From NCBI GenBank assembly GCA_973895155.1, contig OZ316892.1:20895619-20959618 (forward strand): a stretch of DNA of 64,000 bases. The letters run 5' to 3'. This DNA is from Marsupella aquatica. Lineage: Eukaryota; Plantae; Marchantiophyta. Both the position numbers and the translations under genes were made by a program. The notes under the pieces were generated by a model. The model saw only the letters and a list, made by a program, of their open reading frames with translations, was not told the DNA's origin and made no database searches. Shown one piece after another: positions 1 to 13,733 of the stretch (its first letter is position 1; the number at the start of each line of letters is the position of its first letter).

Positions 1-2775
1 TGCCAGAAGAGTGCATCGACTTTGCCACCTCAAGTGGTGATGGTGGAACTCCTGCAGAATTGGAATCAATTTTATCTCTCACCGACACAACAGCTTCCAT
101 TAATGTCTTGAAGTTCACATGGAACAAGTCAGTCAATGAATTCAAACGTTCATTGATCTCTGGAAGACATGTTTCGACAGCCTTCAAACGACCACTTATC
201 TCTGTAAGTGAAGATCCACCTCCCTACATGACACAGGGGTATAGGTTCAATCACTCCATATGAAATGTTGGGCAATATATGCACAATCAATGTTATATAC
301 AGTGTACACCTGAAATTCAACGCAGGTCATTCAATTACCAATCAGAACTCATATAACTTACATGCTTGGAGGATTTAGATGCACCCTCTTGAGCCCGGGT
401 GTTCACAATTTCAGCCCTCAACTCTTCTTTTGAAGGGCTTTGCCCCAATTGGGCTTTCTGCACATGCATGACAAACACAAGTTATCGATCAATATTCAGG
501 GAACGTACACTAAAACAAAGTTTACATGTATGGGTTTACACTAAAAAACAGTACATAGTGTAGCATAAATTACATAGCTAGGCCATTCATTCTTACCAAA
601 CGTTTAGCTGTTAGTGCAGTGCCGGTCCTTCCTGTCAGATTAGGGTTTTGAACACTCAACCTGGCCTCGGTCATCTGTGAACTCTTCTTTTTTGAAGCAT
701 CTGTTACAAAATAAGCTACTAACCTTGCCCACACTTTATCATCACAACTGGCTGGTGGAGGCATATCTGGCTTCTCCCCACCTTCCTTCCAAGCCTTATG
801 CATTCTCCACCTCTCTTGCTTGATGATTTTACCTGCTGTACTCTCTAGGCAACCTATGTCCACGCCATCATCACTGCCCACATAATTCCATTTGGCAGCA
901 ACATTTTCACATACAGTCTTCCAATCTTTTGGATGCTGTTTTTTAAAATTAATAACACTCACATCTAACCAACGCAATACTTCAGCTTTCAAATCAGCAT
1001 GCCATCGGTTCTTGCGAGGACACTCAGCATCCACCCATTGTCTCTCATTCAACTTTACGTTCCCTTTCTTTGTCACCTCCCCTCGTGCACTGCTCTCGGT
1101 AGTACTGGGCGTTGTATTGGCCACCCCTTCATTCACCCTACCTGGGGTTCTGAAGCCACCTGGGAAAATACAATGCCATTCATGCTTGAGAACTACATAT
1201 AGCAGAATGGATGATGGCAACATTCAATGCTTCACTTCAAGAAAAATTCTTCAAACATACATACCTGTAGCTCTGCCTGTAGATGCCTGTGCAGGGACTG
1301 CACTCTGAAATTGTTGCAACCCTGGACCACCTGTCCAGCCTAGTACAGGGGCCGGATGATGTCACTTTCTAGGTATGTGTGTGCAAACATATGTACTGAA
1401 AACTAAGTACAAACTATAGGAAAACAACTGAACATTCACCGACATACCTGTCCCCCTTCCGTGCTGCGTCTGCATAGGGGCATTAGTGAATACTTGAGTC
1501 GATGGTTCGACTGTCCAACCTGCACACATACATTTTCTATCATTATACATGTGCAGAGTCCCCCCCACGTGAATGGACTCCACGTACATATAATGAGTTC
1601 TTCCATTGCTGACAAGATCAGACATTACCTGCCCCTCTTCCAGCGTTTGTAGGTACTGAATTTTGATATCCCTGCCAATTACCTTCACCACCTTCCCAAC
1701 CTTGTTCATTCCACGACCCACCACCATCCTCCCAACCTGGTTCAACCCATGTCTGTCCTTGTGGACATTGGAACTGATCATTACTAGCATTTGCCCAATC
1801 AGGTTGGGCAGAATCTGCATGCAATGGCAGGTGGACAAAATTTCATGTTGTCTGAATCCAATACATCCCAAACAATGTCAAAAATTGATATGCAGTCTGA
1901 AATTCAGGAGTGCCATGCCTTCACAAAGAACTGGCATATAGATATATACTCACATCCCCATGGTTGAGGTGGACGTCCATACCCACGAGATTGTGGGTTT
2001 GGACCTGCTCTGCCTCTACCACGGGCATAACCTAGAGCTTGCCCCTTGCCATAGTATTGTGGCACCAGCCTGGGATCTACCACTACTACCACCTCGCCAA
2101 CCTTGATCAGAGGTCAGCCCCCCTGCTGCTATGGTGCATGCACAGGCTTCGAAGGCAAAACAGAACTGGCAGGACGCTGCATCACATCACCAACTACAAT
2201 GTCAGGAACTAAGCAAGGTACATATGTGTAGTACTGAACATATGAAACCTCTAAACAAGAGTTTTTAACTCAAAACCTTGTTGGGAAAACTACTTACCTG
2301 TTTCTTTTGGGGCTGCTCTGCAATGTATTCATCTTCACAACCCCCATCCTCATCCATTTCCTCTGGAAAATACTCATCATCTGCATCTTCTTGTCTAGTG
2401 TCTGCACCCACCTGTGCAGCATCAATGTCATCTCCACATTCTGCCATTGTAGGTACGACCTTCTTGCTCAACCTGTCACTTCGACGCACAGGCCCAGAGA
2501 TAGTGCTGGTCACCCTTCTTGCGTACTCCTTTTGTTTCTTTGAAAATGCTGTGGCTCTGCGACATTCCAATATGAGAATACAGTCACAATTTCAGTGCCA
2601 CATTGAACTATTCATGTCACACAAACTCAGCGGAGGGGTGTAGTTGAGAATCGTTCCCTTACAATTCAGCCACATCCTTTTCCAGATCCAGTTCTGCGAT
2701 TTTGGCTTTCACGTATGCTCGTTGTTCCATAGCTTTCCTTTCATACTCACACATCTCTGTGTCACTCTGTTCCAT
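1..2775 (-). CDS. CACTA TnpA-like (Ptta/En/Spm, Transposase_24-like) multi-exon gene, 3' end outside window
   Basis: ATG at 2775 (MEQSDTEMCEYERKAMEQR); GT-AG-bounded exons in ORFs 2659-2859, 2265-2570, 1618-1824 and 570-1223; motif CDDKVWARLVAYF..KKKSSQM..AR..TGRTG..L, next exon KAQLGQSP; lies directly downstream of TnpD. Confidence 0.75.
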
Positions 2776-2931
2776 CCTACTGGACCACAAAAACATGTCA
2801 TCTATGGTCACCCCGTATAACACAATGCAACCACAATCACCAGGCATCCATCCATACATCTGTGTTGCTTCAGAATTACTTTATTACACATCCTTCCCCT
2901 CACTAATGTCCATGCAAACAATTCACATTAC

Positions 2932-5900
2932 TCATGGCACAGGCACACTGTTGGCATCTGCATCTATGAATTCGCCTCCTTCAGCAAATGCATCTACCCT
3001 TGTCACAGGAATGAAGTCCCCGCTATCATGAACTACAGGCACTTGGTCTGAATGCCGACGATCAAAGGCACTATGAGAGTGTAAATGAAACTCAAGGTTT
3101 GATCCTTCCATCCGACGTTGCCTGGCCTGTTTATGACACACTACACGCCAACCTGGGGAGTCTTCCACATCCAGGAAGAAAGCTTGCTCCACCTGACTAG
3201 GAAACACAAATGGCTCAGACCATTCGGGCAATTTCCCTCTGAAATTGGCCAGCAAGAAACCGTCGTTGTCTCTCTTCATGGTAGCCCTATTACCAAGCCA
3301 ATCCTGCCGCACCCATGAACCTTTCATAAGAATCACAGGACTGGACACCGCCCCATAGTCCAGAGCCCATATGTCAACTAATTCTCCCACATATCCCATC
3401 TCCATCCAGGCCCTGTCGTGATTGTGGCTCTGTTGCTCAAATACAGTGATGAGCCCGCAATCATTCGTCAACCTGTAGGCACTGTCACCATCCTTCACTC
3501 GGAAGTGATTCCCATATGCTCTCATCCGTTTGTAAGTCTTCACTTTCAGGCTAGGGGCATCAAACAGTAGGTAAACATCTGCATCCATGTCTGGGTGGGT
3601 CTCGTGATGCTCTCTAATTGCCACTCTGATCCACTCCATGAAACCTGGAAAAGTTGTTCTTGCAGTGGGATGGGCCGCCTTCAATGACTCATACTCCCTG
3701 AATGAACAACCACACAGCATTAGCTTGGGTAAACATGAACAGGCTGAAGGAGAAAACCACACGAACACAACATTTAAGCTCATGAACTGGATTATAGCAC
3801 ATGTATGCACTCACTGTATCCAGGGTTCGATCCATCACCACAGTGTTGTGCAATACAAAGTCATGTGCCAAGTCTCTCATAGATATGGTCAGGTTCTTTG
3901 TGGTTGCAGCCCCTTCCAGTACTTCACCTATCACCCCTTCCTCCTCATCAGAATTCCACACCCTGGTCTTCACATGCTCATATTGTGCTATGTATTCGGT
4001 CAGAAATCCCAGAGTCTCATCCTTGATGTAACCTTTAGCCATGCTTGCTTCAGGTTTGTAATATGTTCTCACGTGACCTTTGAGTAGCTTCATGTACCGT
4101 TCCAAAGGGTACAACCAACGAGCACTCACAGGCCCAAATTGGTGTAGCTCTTCCACAACATGGACAAGTAGGTGGGTCATGACATCAAAAAATGCGGGAG
4201 GAAAATAAATCTCCAGGTCACACAGCACCTGAGCGACATCTTCTGTCAGTTGTGGGAAGTGTGTTTCATCCCAAACCTTCACACAAATATGATGAAACAC
4301 ATCACTGAGTCGCATGATCACAGTACGAACAGGCTTCTGCAACAGGCCCCTCAGGCATAAAGGCAACACCTGTTGCATCAACATATGGTAGTCATGGCTT
4401 TTCATACTACCAAGCTTTCTAGTCATGATATGCTTCTTGAAAGCACTGCCATAGTTTGAAGGAACCTTCAAAGAACTCAACCTCTGCACAAATAGTTCCC
4501 ACTCTGTGTCTGTCAGAACATAGGGCGCTTGGTACTTCAAGAGCACATCAGCTCTGTGGGCATGTGGCCTCAACCAAAGATGGGGTTTCATTCCCCTCTG
4601 TTCAAGATCCAATCTCACTGAACCAGTGTCTTTCTCTCCACACAAGAATCTGAGTAGACTCTCACAAATATTCTTTTCAATGTGCATAACATCAATGTTA
4701 TGTTTGCTTGGCTCAAACTCCTGCATCGTTGCAATGCAAAAGCGTCAGGAAATGCCTCAAGTTTAGTCTCTCTCTTTGAAATGAATGCACATGCTCTGAA
4801 ACAAAACATGTATCCCAATTAGCATCAACTCCAAGAGGCTTACCCTCCAGTACTTGAGCTCCAAGTCCAATATGCTCAGTCTTTTTACACCATATCGCTT
4901 TATTGGATCACTCACTCCATCTTCCCTGCCCCCTCGTTTGATATAGTCATCCCTCAGTGCTCCCCACTGCCTGATCTCCTCTTTGGTCACTCGTGCCGGG
5001 GGTCCACGTTGCTCAATCTCATTGCCAAAGTGTGCAATCAGTGCCTGTCTTTCTCTGTAAGGGTGATCTACCTTCAGAAAACGACGATGGCCCATGTATA
5101 TCACTTTCTGCAGGGCTCTGGAGTACTCACTGGTGACATTGCGCCCATAGATAGTACAAGCACAATATCCTTTTGTTGTTTGGCCTGATATCATCCCATG
5201 GGCTGGGTAGTCAGCTATAGTCAGAATGACAATGGCTCTAAGGATGAATGGGTTTAACCTCCCAAGCCTCTGTAGGACATCATATGTGAGAACTCCTTCC
5301 TCCCAAAGCTTTCTCAATTCCTCCACTAGGGGAGCCAGAAACACATCTATGTTGGCAGATACAACACTGTCTGGCCCTGGTATCAGTAGGACCATCAGAA
5401 CAAAAAATCGCTTTGTAGTCATCCAAGGAGGAAGGTTATAATTCAAAATAGTTACAAGCCAGCACGAAAATTTGTTGTTCTTGTCTCCAAATGGGTTTAC
5501 CCCATCCAATGACAGCCCAAGTCTGACATTCCTCGGCTCAGCAGCAAATTCGGGATACATCTCATCTATGAGTTTCCATTGCCTTGAATCTGCAGCATGT
5601 CGTTGTAGCCCATCATCACTTTTCTTGTCAGTTGCCCAAGTCATCATCTCCGAGATGGCACGGCTTCTGAACATCCGCTGAAGTCTGGGAATGAGTGGAA
5701 AATGACGAAGTACCTTGGCGGGAACCATAGACTTTCCTGAGTTCCGATACCTGTGCTTCCCACACTTAGGGCATGTCAACGATTCTTTATACTCCTTTCT
5801 GAAAAGAACATGCCCATCAGGACAGGCATGGATCGAATCATAGTTCAATCCAAGATTAGATATGCATCTTTTTGCCTTGTACATGTTCTTGGGCAAAATA

Positions 5901-6667
5901 TTACCATCTGGTAGCACAGTTGTTCGCAAGAATGCCAACAACTCAGAAACCAAAACGTTGGGGACATTGTGGTTGCCGCAAATGTTCAGGAACATGATGA
6001 CAAATCCCAGTTTAGAACATTTGCTACCGGGGTACAAAGACTTCTTGCCTTCCTGTATTTGCAGGGGAGAGCCAAACATCCCATCATGCCCAGGGGTTTC
6101 CTGCCCTATCTCAAACTCATCAAGAGGCTCTTCGACAGGGGGCACACTTGCATCTGCAGTCGTATCCTCTTCGTTGTCTAGCCCATCATGAAATGCATCC
6201 AAGTCTTGGAAGATGTCTCTCACCATCTCTTCCACATGAATTCCTTCGTCACGTGGTGCTGCCTGAGCACCATCCCGTTGGAGAGCTGACAACCCACAGA
6301 GACCAGCTACAACATTTTCAAATGCACCAGGCAGAACCTCACTTGCCCGTCTTGCAGCATTGGCAGCATCAAATTCTAACCTCCACTCCTCATCGGAAGA
6401 ATCTTCCTCTACAGGATCATTCCAAACTCGATGTCGTGGATCTCTTCCATGAACCGCGATATGCCGCCAAACCTCATTCAGACCCCTGGTACGGGATCCT
6501 TGGCAGATTGCACAAGGACATCTCATCCTACTGGCTCCTGAAAGTCTAGTTCGTAACCTTTCACGCTGCCAAAGCTTATTATCATGGCGTGATATCCTTG
6601 TGGGATGATGCAAAGGCAGTGCCTGTGCCCTGGGCTGGGTCTGGGGAGGGTGGTGACCAGGGTGCAT
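2932..6667 (-). CDS. CACTA TnpD transposase (Transposase_21 + DUF4218 + DUF4216), 2 introns
   Basis: IHACPDG..F, CPKCG, RHFPLIPRLQRMF, EPRNVRLGLSLDGVNPF, DVFLAPLVEEL, ADYPA (4763-6667); HNIDVMHIEKNICE, MKSHDYH, FFDVMTHLLVH, GPVSARWLYPLER (3689-4726); EPFVFPSQVEQAFF, WRVV (2932-3810). Introns at about 4844-4722 and 3813-3699. Confidence 0.96.
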
Positions 6668-7100
6668 TGTAACAGGCTGGGAGCTCTGTAGTCATGGACA
6701 GCAGTGAACAAGGATGCCTAATGGTGGTATTTGTGTTCCATATATCCCTGACTGTATCTGCCAAAAGAGTTAACATAACGTGTACTAAATTCTCACAAAC
6801 CCTAAACCACCCCAAAAGAAAAAAACAGGTTCGCAAGTAGTGTACCTATTGTCAAGTGAATGACACAAAATTCCTAAATGTTGGAGGGTGTCACCACCTC
6901 CTCCGCTGTCCTCAAATGTACCGCCTCTGCATGTACGTTTACAGTGACACCCCCAGGCAGCAGGAAACAACAATCCACCAACAGTAAAATAAGCCCAACT
7001 GCCACCAACCATAACAAGGTACATTAGTTCAAAGATCACATTTATTTCAATGATCTGATTTATACAAAAAAACTTGTGTCCAAACTGATGCTACTACTCC

Positions 7101-7973
7101 TCAGTCTGATTCCGAATCGCTAATGACCCATTCCTCACTTGTTGTCTCATAGTCCTCTCTGTAAGGATCCTGACCCTTCCGTGGCCAGGCCTCAAAAAGA
7201 TCATAGTCCATTGGGTTTTGACGCTTCCCAGCTGCTACTGATTCCACAAGCCAAGCATATGAAACCACAAACACATTATGGGACATGACATAAAAGCGAA
7301 TGTCTCCCTTCCCAAACTTGCGACAGGCTTTGGGATATGACTTAGTAATGACATGAGTGGTGTCCTCTGTTATATTCTCCTCCACTGTCCCACCTAGGTC
7401 AAGCACTGTGGACTTGTACACTTTGCACTTAACCTCTCCAATTCCCGCCTCCACAAATACCATGCTCAGCCCTTTCAGAATGGGGGTTGGTTGCTTCGTC
7501 TCCTCAGCCAACATACTCTTCAGCCTTGTAGAGCTCTGTCCTTTGTTGAGTACAGGTCCATATTGGAGATCAGCAAGCCGTGCCTTTGCTTCCCAGACTT
7601 CTTGTTCAGCCCAAGCTGATGCAGTAGCTTCTTCATCCTCCCACAACTCATATTGCTCAGTATCCTGTACAATCTTATGTGCTATGGAATCTGTGATCCA
7701 AGAGGCCTCAACTACTTTTAGGCCTTGCTTAGTAATTGCAGAATTCAAGTAGGACCATGACCACTTCTTTATCACTGATAGCCATGTCCCTGCAACAACA
7801 TGTGTAGTCTCTGTAGTGATGTCCTGAACTACAGTGCCATGGAGCTCAGAGAATCATTTCTGTACAGTTGGCCAATGCACTTTGGTCAACCCATGCTGGC
7901 CATGGACCAAAATCGCTCTGACCCCTGTAAACATTGTTGGGTGGTCACACTTTCTACGTTTCCTAGGCTCCAT
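7101..7973 (-). pseudogene. Tandem BRCT-domain gene with one premature stop
   Basis: ATG 7973 MEPRKRRK..MFTGV..VQK*FSELHGTVVQDITTETTHVVAG..VVEASWITDS (BRCT1), then ILKGL..LGGTVEENITEDTTHVIT..VVSYAWLVES (BRCT2). In-frame TGA at 7854-7856. Confidence 0.85.
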
Positions 7974-8565
7974 GTACACACACCCTACGTGATGACAGTG
8001 AATTTTGGAAGAATGGGTTCACCTGACAATACAAGGACAACAAAATTCCTGCTTTTTGAGTTGATCTGGCCCACTGGTGCTCAGGTCCGATTTTGATAGG
8101 TACAAGGGATATGTGAACAATACGTACTAGGCACCTGCACGGATGCAGGACATTGTTTGAATATATACTACAAAATCCATATCCGTGGTGAAATGAAGTG
8201 CAACCAACTTGTCATGGCACATACATATTTTGTTGTAAAGGAGGATACATTCAATGACAAACTTATAGGGCAATTTGATTAATTGCATGCCTGATAATTT
8301 ATACGCTTACAACTTAGAAGTCCTGTTTTAATTTAGCAGTCTGATGAAAGTGTTTATGAAAATGACCACTCAGCCTAAATACTTCCAAGAAGGCTTGTAA
8401 GGATAAGTTTGTATAGGCATGTACCCAGCCACTGACGCCAGAGCACAAGATAAGTGCTGCCTATATAAACTCGCCTACCCAACTCCTTTTCAAAATTGGA
8501 ATCTCTACAATCTCAAAAAATAGTACATCCACATCAGGTGCACTGTGCATGTACAATGTCCAGCT

Positions 8566-9245
8566 TCACAGCCAAGATATGTGATCTCTCACAGGAGTGC
8601 GCGAGGTAGGATCAATGGCATGGCGATGACAATAAAATATCCATCGATCAACACCATGTGCAGAGTGATCATAGATTTCTCTGTCACAAGCATAACCCTC
8701 TGCTTGATGATCTTTCAGGCAATGATAGTGCCACATAGTGGGACACCTAGCACAGTGGACTATGTCAGTCCAGTAGTCATCATCATGCTCACCACATGCC
8801 TTGCACCTATGAAGTGGGCAAGCTGTGGCATGAGCAGGCAAACACTCAAAACAGAAAAATCTCACACAAAAACGGTCTGGACATTTCCTAACATTTGCTG
8901 CAGCATCAACAGAGCCCTCATAGGACCCCAACTTCCCACACTGTGCACACTTAGCCTGCTTCTCCAAACAATCAGTGCACATCCAGTCTCCCTGGTGTGT
9001 TGACGGGAGGCCCACCCTGGACAGTTGTTTTCTGCAGCAAGGTCAGACTCCGGATTGAGGTGGAAATGCCTCATGCAAGGGCCCTCACAAATGACCAGGC
9101 CCCCACCATCGTCACAAATGGCACAACAATGAGCTGCCTTCTGGAAAATCTGACTTGCAAAGAAGTTAGTAGCATCTGCCCCAAGTACACCTGTGTTTCT
9201 CACCTCTGTCACACGCTTTTTGGCTTGAATTTTAGGCCGTGCCAT
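8566..9245 (-). pseudogene. EDM2-type composite PHD-finger gene, one frameshift near 9015
   Basis: CAICDDGGGLVICEGPCMRHFH (8862-9245) continues in another frame as WMCTDC..CAQCGKLGS..CPLHRCKAC..CARCP..HYHCL..FYCHRHAID..TPVRDH, the motif order of the EDM2 PHD region. Confidence 0.85.
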
Positions 9246-9260
9246 GCCTGCGCATGAGAC

Positions 9261-9472
9261 AGACTCTACAATTTAGCAGACTTCACAGAAAGTAAAATAT
9301 ATTTAGCATTTAAGGTACAAAGGCATTTAGATAGACTCTACAATTTAGCAGACTACACAGAAAGTAAAATATATTTAGCATTTAAGGTACAAAGGCATTT
9401 AGATAGACTCTACAATTTAGCAGACTGCACAGAAAGTAAAATATATTTAGCATTTAAGGTACAAAGGCATTT
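9261..9472. repeat. 72-bp tandem repeat, ~3 copies
   Basis: AGACTCTACAATTTAGCAGAC...AAGGTACAAAGGCATTT starts at 9261, 9333 and 9405. Confidence 0.95.
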
Positions 9473-10089
9473 GCTACTGCAATGAATTGGAATGGCCACA
9501 CAAGGATGTAGAGCACACATACTTTTGGTATGTTGAGCCCACACACAAAACTGATCCCCTAATACAATTTCTCCACCAACACCTTAATTTTAATTGTGGC
9601 TATGATTCACCAAAGGAGATCTGCAACAACATTTCATGCATTTGAATCACATACAATAGTCGTGACATGTAAAATAGGCATTCTTCGAAGAGGATTGGTA
9701 TGAAGCAGTGTCATAAGGGTTGAAATTTATACATCCTAAATAGGTTATGATAGTGGCTGAGACAAATAAGTGAGGCATAAATCACATTTTGCATATTATC
9801 ACATGGCCCATTAATTCATTCAACGTTGCAATGTTCACCAGGTTAAAGCAGTCATGAAAGCAGTCTTTCAATAGAGACTTTTATGCGAGTTTGCTAGCCT
9901 CTTAAATTAGGATATTTTGCTTAGTGCAGGCATAATAGGATATAAGTTATGTACTGTTGACCCTAAACCCTGGACCCAAAATTGCTCATACATCAAAATT
10001 TTAAGTAAATATCCTCTGTGTTGAAGTTAGAGTGTTAAGCTATAGGTCAATGGTATCTGGTCTGTGCATGCGGTGTGACAAGTGGTCCT

Positions 10090-10539
10090 CTAGAGCATGT
10101 GATCCAAACATGTGTAGACACCAAAGTCACCGGTGGTGGGGTCTGGGAGGGCAGGACAAGTGACATCACCAGGCACACTGTAGGATGGCGAGTGGTTCCA
10201 GATGATACATTGTGCTTTGTGCAAAAATCGGCATCCAAGAGAATTGTCATCCAGTTCTGGGCTAGAAGCCCTACAGGCAGGACAGTCATATTGGCAACTG
10301 TGTACACACCCTTGGCACCTAATTTGTGGCGGGTCATGTACAAGAGACACAAATACCAAGGATGTCGGGAAGGGTACTGAAGCAGGTAGAGGCCGGCTGT
10401 AGTTGTTCCTGGAAACAACAGGGTACTCAAAGTACCATGCAGACTGGGCTGGAAGGATCCCAAGTCTGACATACTCAAGGTGCAACATCTCTGCCTTGCG
10501 TGCAAGTCGCACATGTTCAGCATTGCGGGTCCTCACCAT
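10090..10539 (-). CDS. Small Cys/His-rich hypothetical protein (149 aa)
   Basis: Open ATG ORF MVRTRNAEH..CQGCVHSCQYDCPAC..C..H..C..H..C..C..H, co-oriented with the PHD, BRCT and TnpD genes; no family recognised. Confidence 0.4.
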   Translation of the reverse strand: MVRTRNAEHVRLARKAEMLHLEYVRLGILPAQSAWYFEYPVVSRNNYSRPLPASVPFPTSLVFVSLVHDPPQIRCQGCVHSCQYDCPACRASSPELDDNSLGCRFLHKAQCIIWNHSPSYSVPGDVTCPALPDPTTGDFGVYTCLDHML

Positions 10540-13500
10540 AAGTGTTGCTTTCGTTGTGATGTCCTCTGTTCACGTCCTTTGATGAGCAAGGTGAGCAGGA
10601 GGTCGACTTGCCTCGCCAACAACAACCACCTAAACTAATCAGTTCCCACTCATTGTCTTGGTTCCAACTACAGGTCATAGTATACACATAGCATGAAACG
10701 TGCATAGTACATATTTGATTCTGAGTTTATGAGTTTCCTAAGACAAAAAGCTTGGTGATAAACCCATATTCTCGACGGACATGTATATCAATCATATTAA
10801 ACTCCTGTTTTTTCATCCAGAACGACCGAAAGTCTCACCTTGCAGGTTGCAGCAGAGAGAAAATTCACTGGTTGTCGTGTTGTGCAAGTGAACCTCCACT
10901 GATGCCCCGATTTAGCCCCTCAGATGCAGGTGACACTTACCAACTCCCAACTTGCCTGGTCTAACAGAAAATGCTTATATCTTCAGAACTTTATAGAGCA
11001 AGTACATGATCACATACTTCTGGATCTATTCATATTTGGAACTCTTGCCAACTACAACTCCCATTATGCACAAGCTCACATCAACAGAGAAAGATACAGA
11101 ATGCATACTTACTATGGCTCTAAGCACCTTCACTACCTTGTTGAACCCAGTCCTGAAGTCTTTTCAGCGTGTTTGTTGTGCTGTCTCCTTTGGCACCCAA
11201 CACCTTAGTCCTTGATGTAACAGAATGCGATTTTACAAGTTAGATGCTTTGGAACCTTCTATGGTCTTAGCTGAATTGATGTCATCGTAAGTGGTGAAAG
11301 ACAAGGAAGACGAAAGCTGTTGAAGAGCTGTGGACAACACACTAGCATGAAGTGCTTCAACCAATCCACTGCCAAACGGAACTCTTACACAGTCACATTC
11401 TTTCAGTAAACAGAAACTCAGTCAAACTTCATAATCAAAGTACAGACTCTGAAGGACCAAAGGAGGATGTTGTGAGTTTCTCTGTTGTTTAATGTGTTAC
11501 CCTTCTAGTTTCAAAGTTAGCAAATGTTGAATAATGTGTCTACCAGATCTTCGAAAAGAAGCCCACCACAATTAAGAACTTCAGTATCTGGGTGAGGTAT
11601 CAGAGTTGTACAGGTTATCCCAACATGTACAAGAACTATCGTGATACCACATTAAACAACCACACAGCAGATGTATGATGAGATGGCTTCTTGTCATAGA
11701 GTTCGGTTCCCTTGCATCCAGATCATCAAGACTACGACAGTCCCTGTCTCTCTGTGCAAGCGAGAAAGTACCAAGCAGTTCCATGATTCAAAGATCAAGT
11801 TCTCCTTGACGTACCGCAAGATTCAACCTCCATCGCGAAAGCTAAAGACGACTTACAAGGCCACCAAGCCCAACACATTTGTTTGAGTAGTGCGGGTGCA
11901 AGTTCCCAATTTTGAAACAATTTGGCTCATTTTATGTCCCGAGGGACTCCAGGAGTTTATGTATTGAGTTTCTAGGTCAAGATGCTTAATATAAGGAAAT
12001 TCAATTATCACTTCGTTCCCAACTTCTATTAATTGAATATACACAAGCTGGAAGCAAGAAGACAAGCCACAATCTAGCATCTTAGCCAAACACAATCGTC
12101 CCGACAAAGCAAAACTCAGCTGGACAGAAGTCACTCGGATCCACAAAAAATTGAAGATTCACCTCCAAGCCGGAGGCCGATCACTTCAGTACAACAGCTT
12201 CTGGACGGAACAAACTCTGCTCAGCCCCACAGAAACACAAATGTTAAGGCTCCAAGTCAGAGCTCACAAACAGAAACTCAGATAAATAACATTCAAAATC
12301 TGTCCAGGTTTGTGCAAAGTGTACATATTCATTCTTCTGGAATGAACATGCAATGCATACATCGCCTAGACACAGTCATTATAAATCATTGGGCAATTGG
12401 GGACCACTAAGCAGGTGTGTTCCTATTTCGAGGCTACAGGAAAGGATAGAGTGACACCAAACTGAAGAGTACACCAAAAGAAAAACAGCAAGAACCAAAG
12501 TCAATCATGTGTGGATAAATTGCACATGGGAAGTTCCCCTGAAGAAGCACCAGTTGCTAACATTGTCACCCGAACCACACCCAGTTTATTACCTCAATGT
12601 TTTCAGCCTCAATATCCAATCCTCAGCCCCCTGGTGCTTCCGTGTTTGTTCTGAAAATTTCTGTGATGAAATAATTATTCAATACATTCAATAGCAAAGA
12701 GAACTCAATCACAAAAGAAAAATAGTTAGTGTGAATGCTAATTTCTCAACACTTAACTAAATTCAAACCACCAATTCAAGTAGTAAGTTTCAAAAACTTG
12801 CCTTTACATGAAGAGAAACCAATTGGCCATGCATGTTACTAAAGCAATAAACAAATAATTAGGCTCAACCCCGGGCTCAACACACAGGCAATTAAACTAC
12901 TCGAAACATGCTGCTGAGAAGTAGCATTTTTTGAATGTCAGACTATGTGTAAGTGCCATGATCGTGCTCCTACGTTTCACAAGGAGGGCTGGCCCGAAAG
13001 GGAGAAGCAACAATGTGGAGTCTATACACGTAGCACAAATCCCAGTTTAGAAGGGTGGATGAAGTTCAGACAAGAGTTCAGAACTTGCCATTCGAGATTG
13101 CCAATCTGAACTTCACATTCACAAAGGACTTCATCCAGTTCAGGAGTTCAGATAGGAGTTCAGACAATCTGAAGAGGACTTTGGACTTGAATGAGGGACA
13201 GCGTGGCCATATAGTTATCCTTGTGGCCTTCAGCTGCGTGTCTCAGGCTGAATTTCACTTTCCAATTTCGAGAGTTCTGAAGGTCTAGTTTTAGTAACTT
13301 CCTCCTGTCTGACTCGACTTGGGATCATTCTCCCTATTTGCTAGCTTGTAGTTAGCTTTGACTCCTGTGAGCTTAGTTGACGACCCTCTTGAGATATTAA
13401 CAATTAGAACAAACACAAGTTGTCAAGACAGATTCCACTGGAGCAAAAAGTCCAAAATCAGGTGAAAGAAAACCTAAGGAAAGTCCATAAGAACGAAAGT

Positions 13501-13733
13501 AGGAAGGCAGGTGCACGGGCCACCGAGAAAAGTAAAGGATGCATGTGATTAGTGGGGAGGGATCTTAGCAAAAATAGGGGAAAGCAAGGGAACTTGCTGC
13601 TAAAATCAGCTGAACGATTGCACGGTTCCTATAAATTTAGTGGACCTTAAGGCCGTCTGTTCACCCCCCCACCCCATTGCCAGAGCACGGGGCACAAGGC
13701 ATGTTCTGATACAGGGAGGAGCAAAACAGTCAT

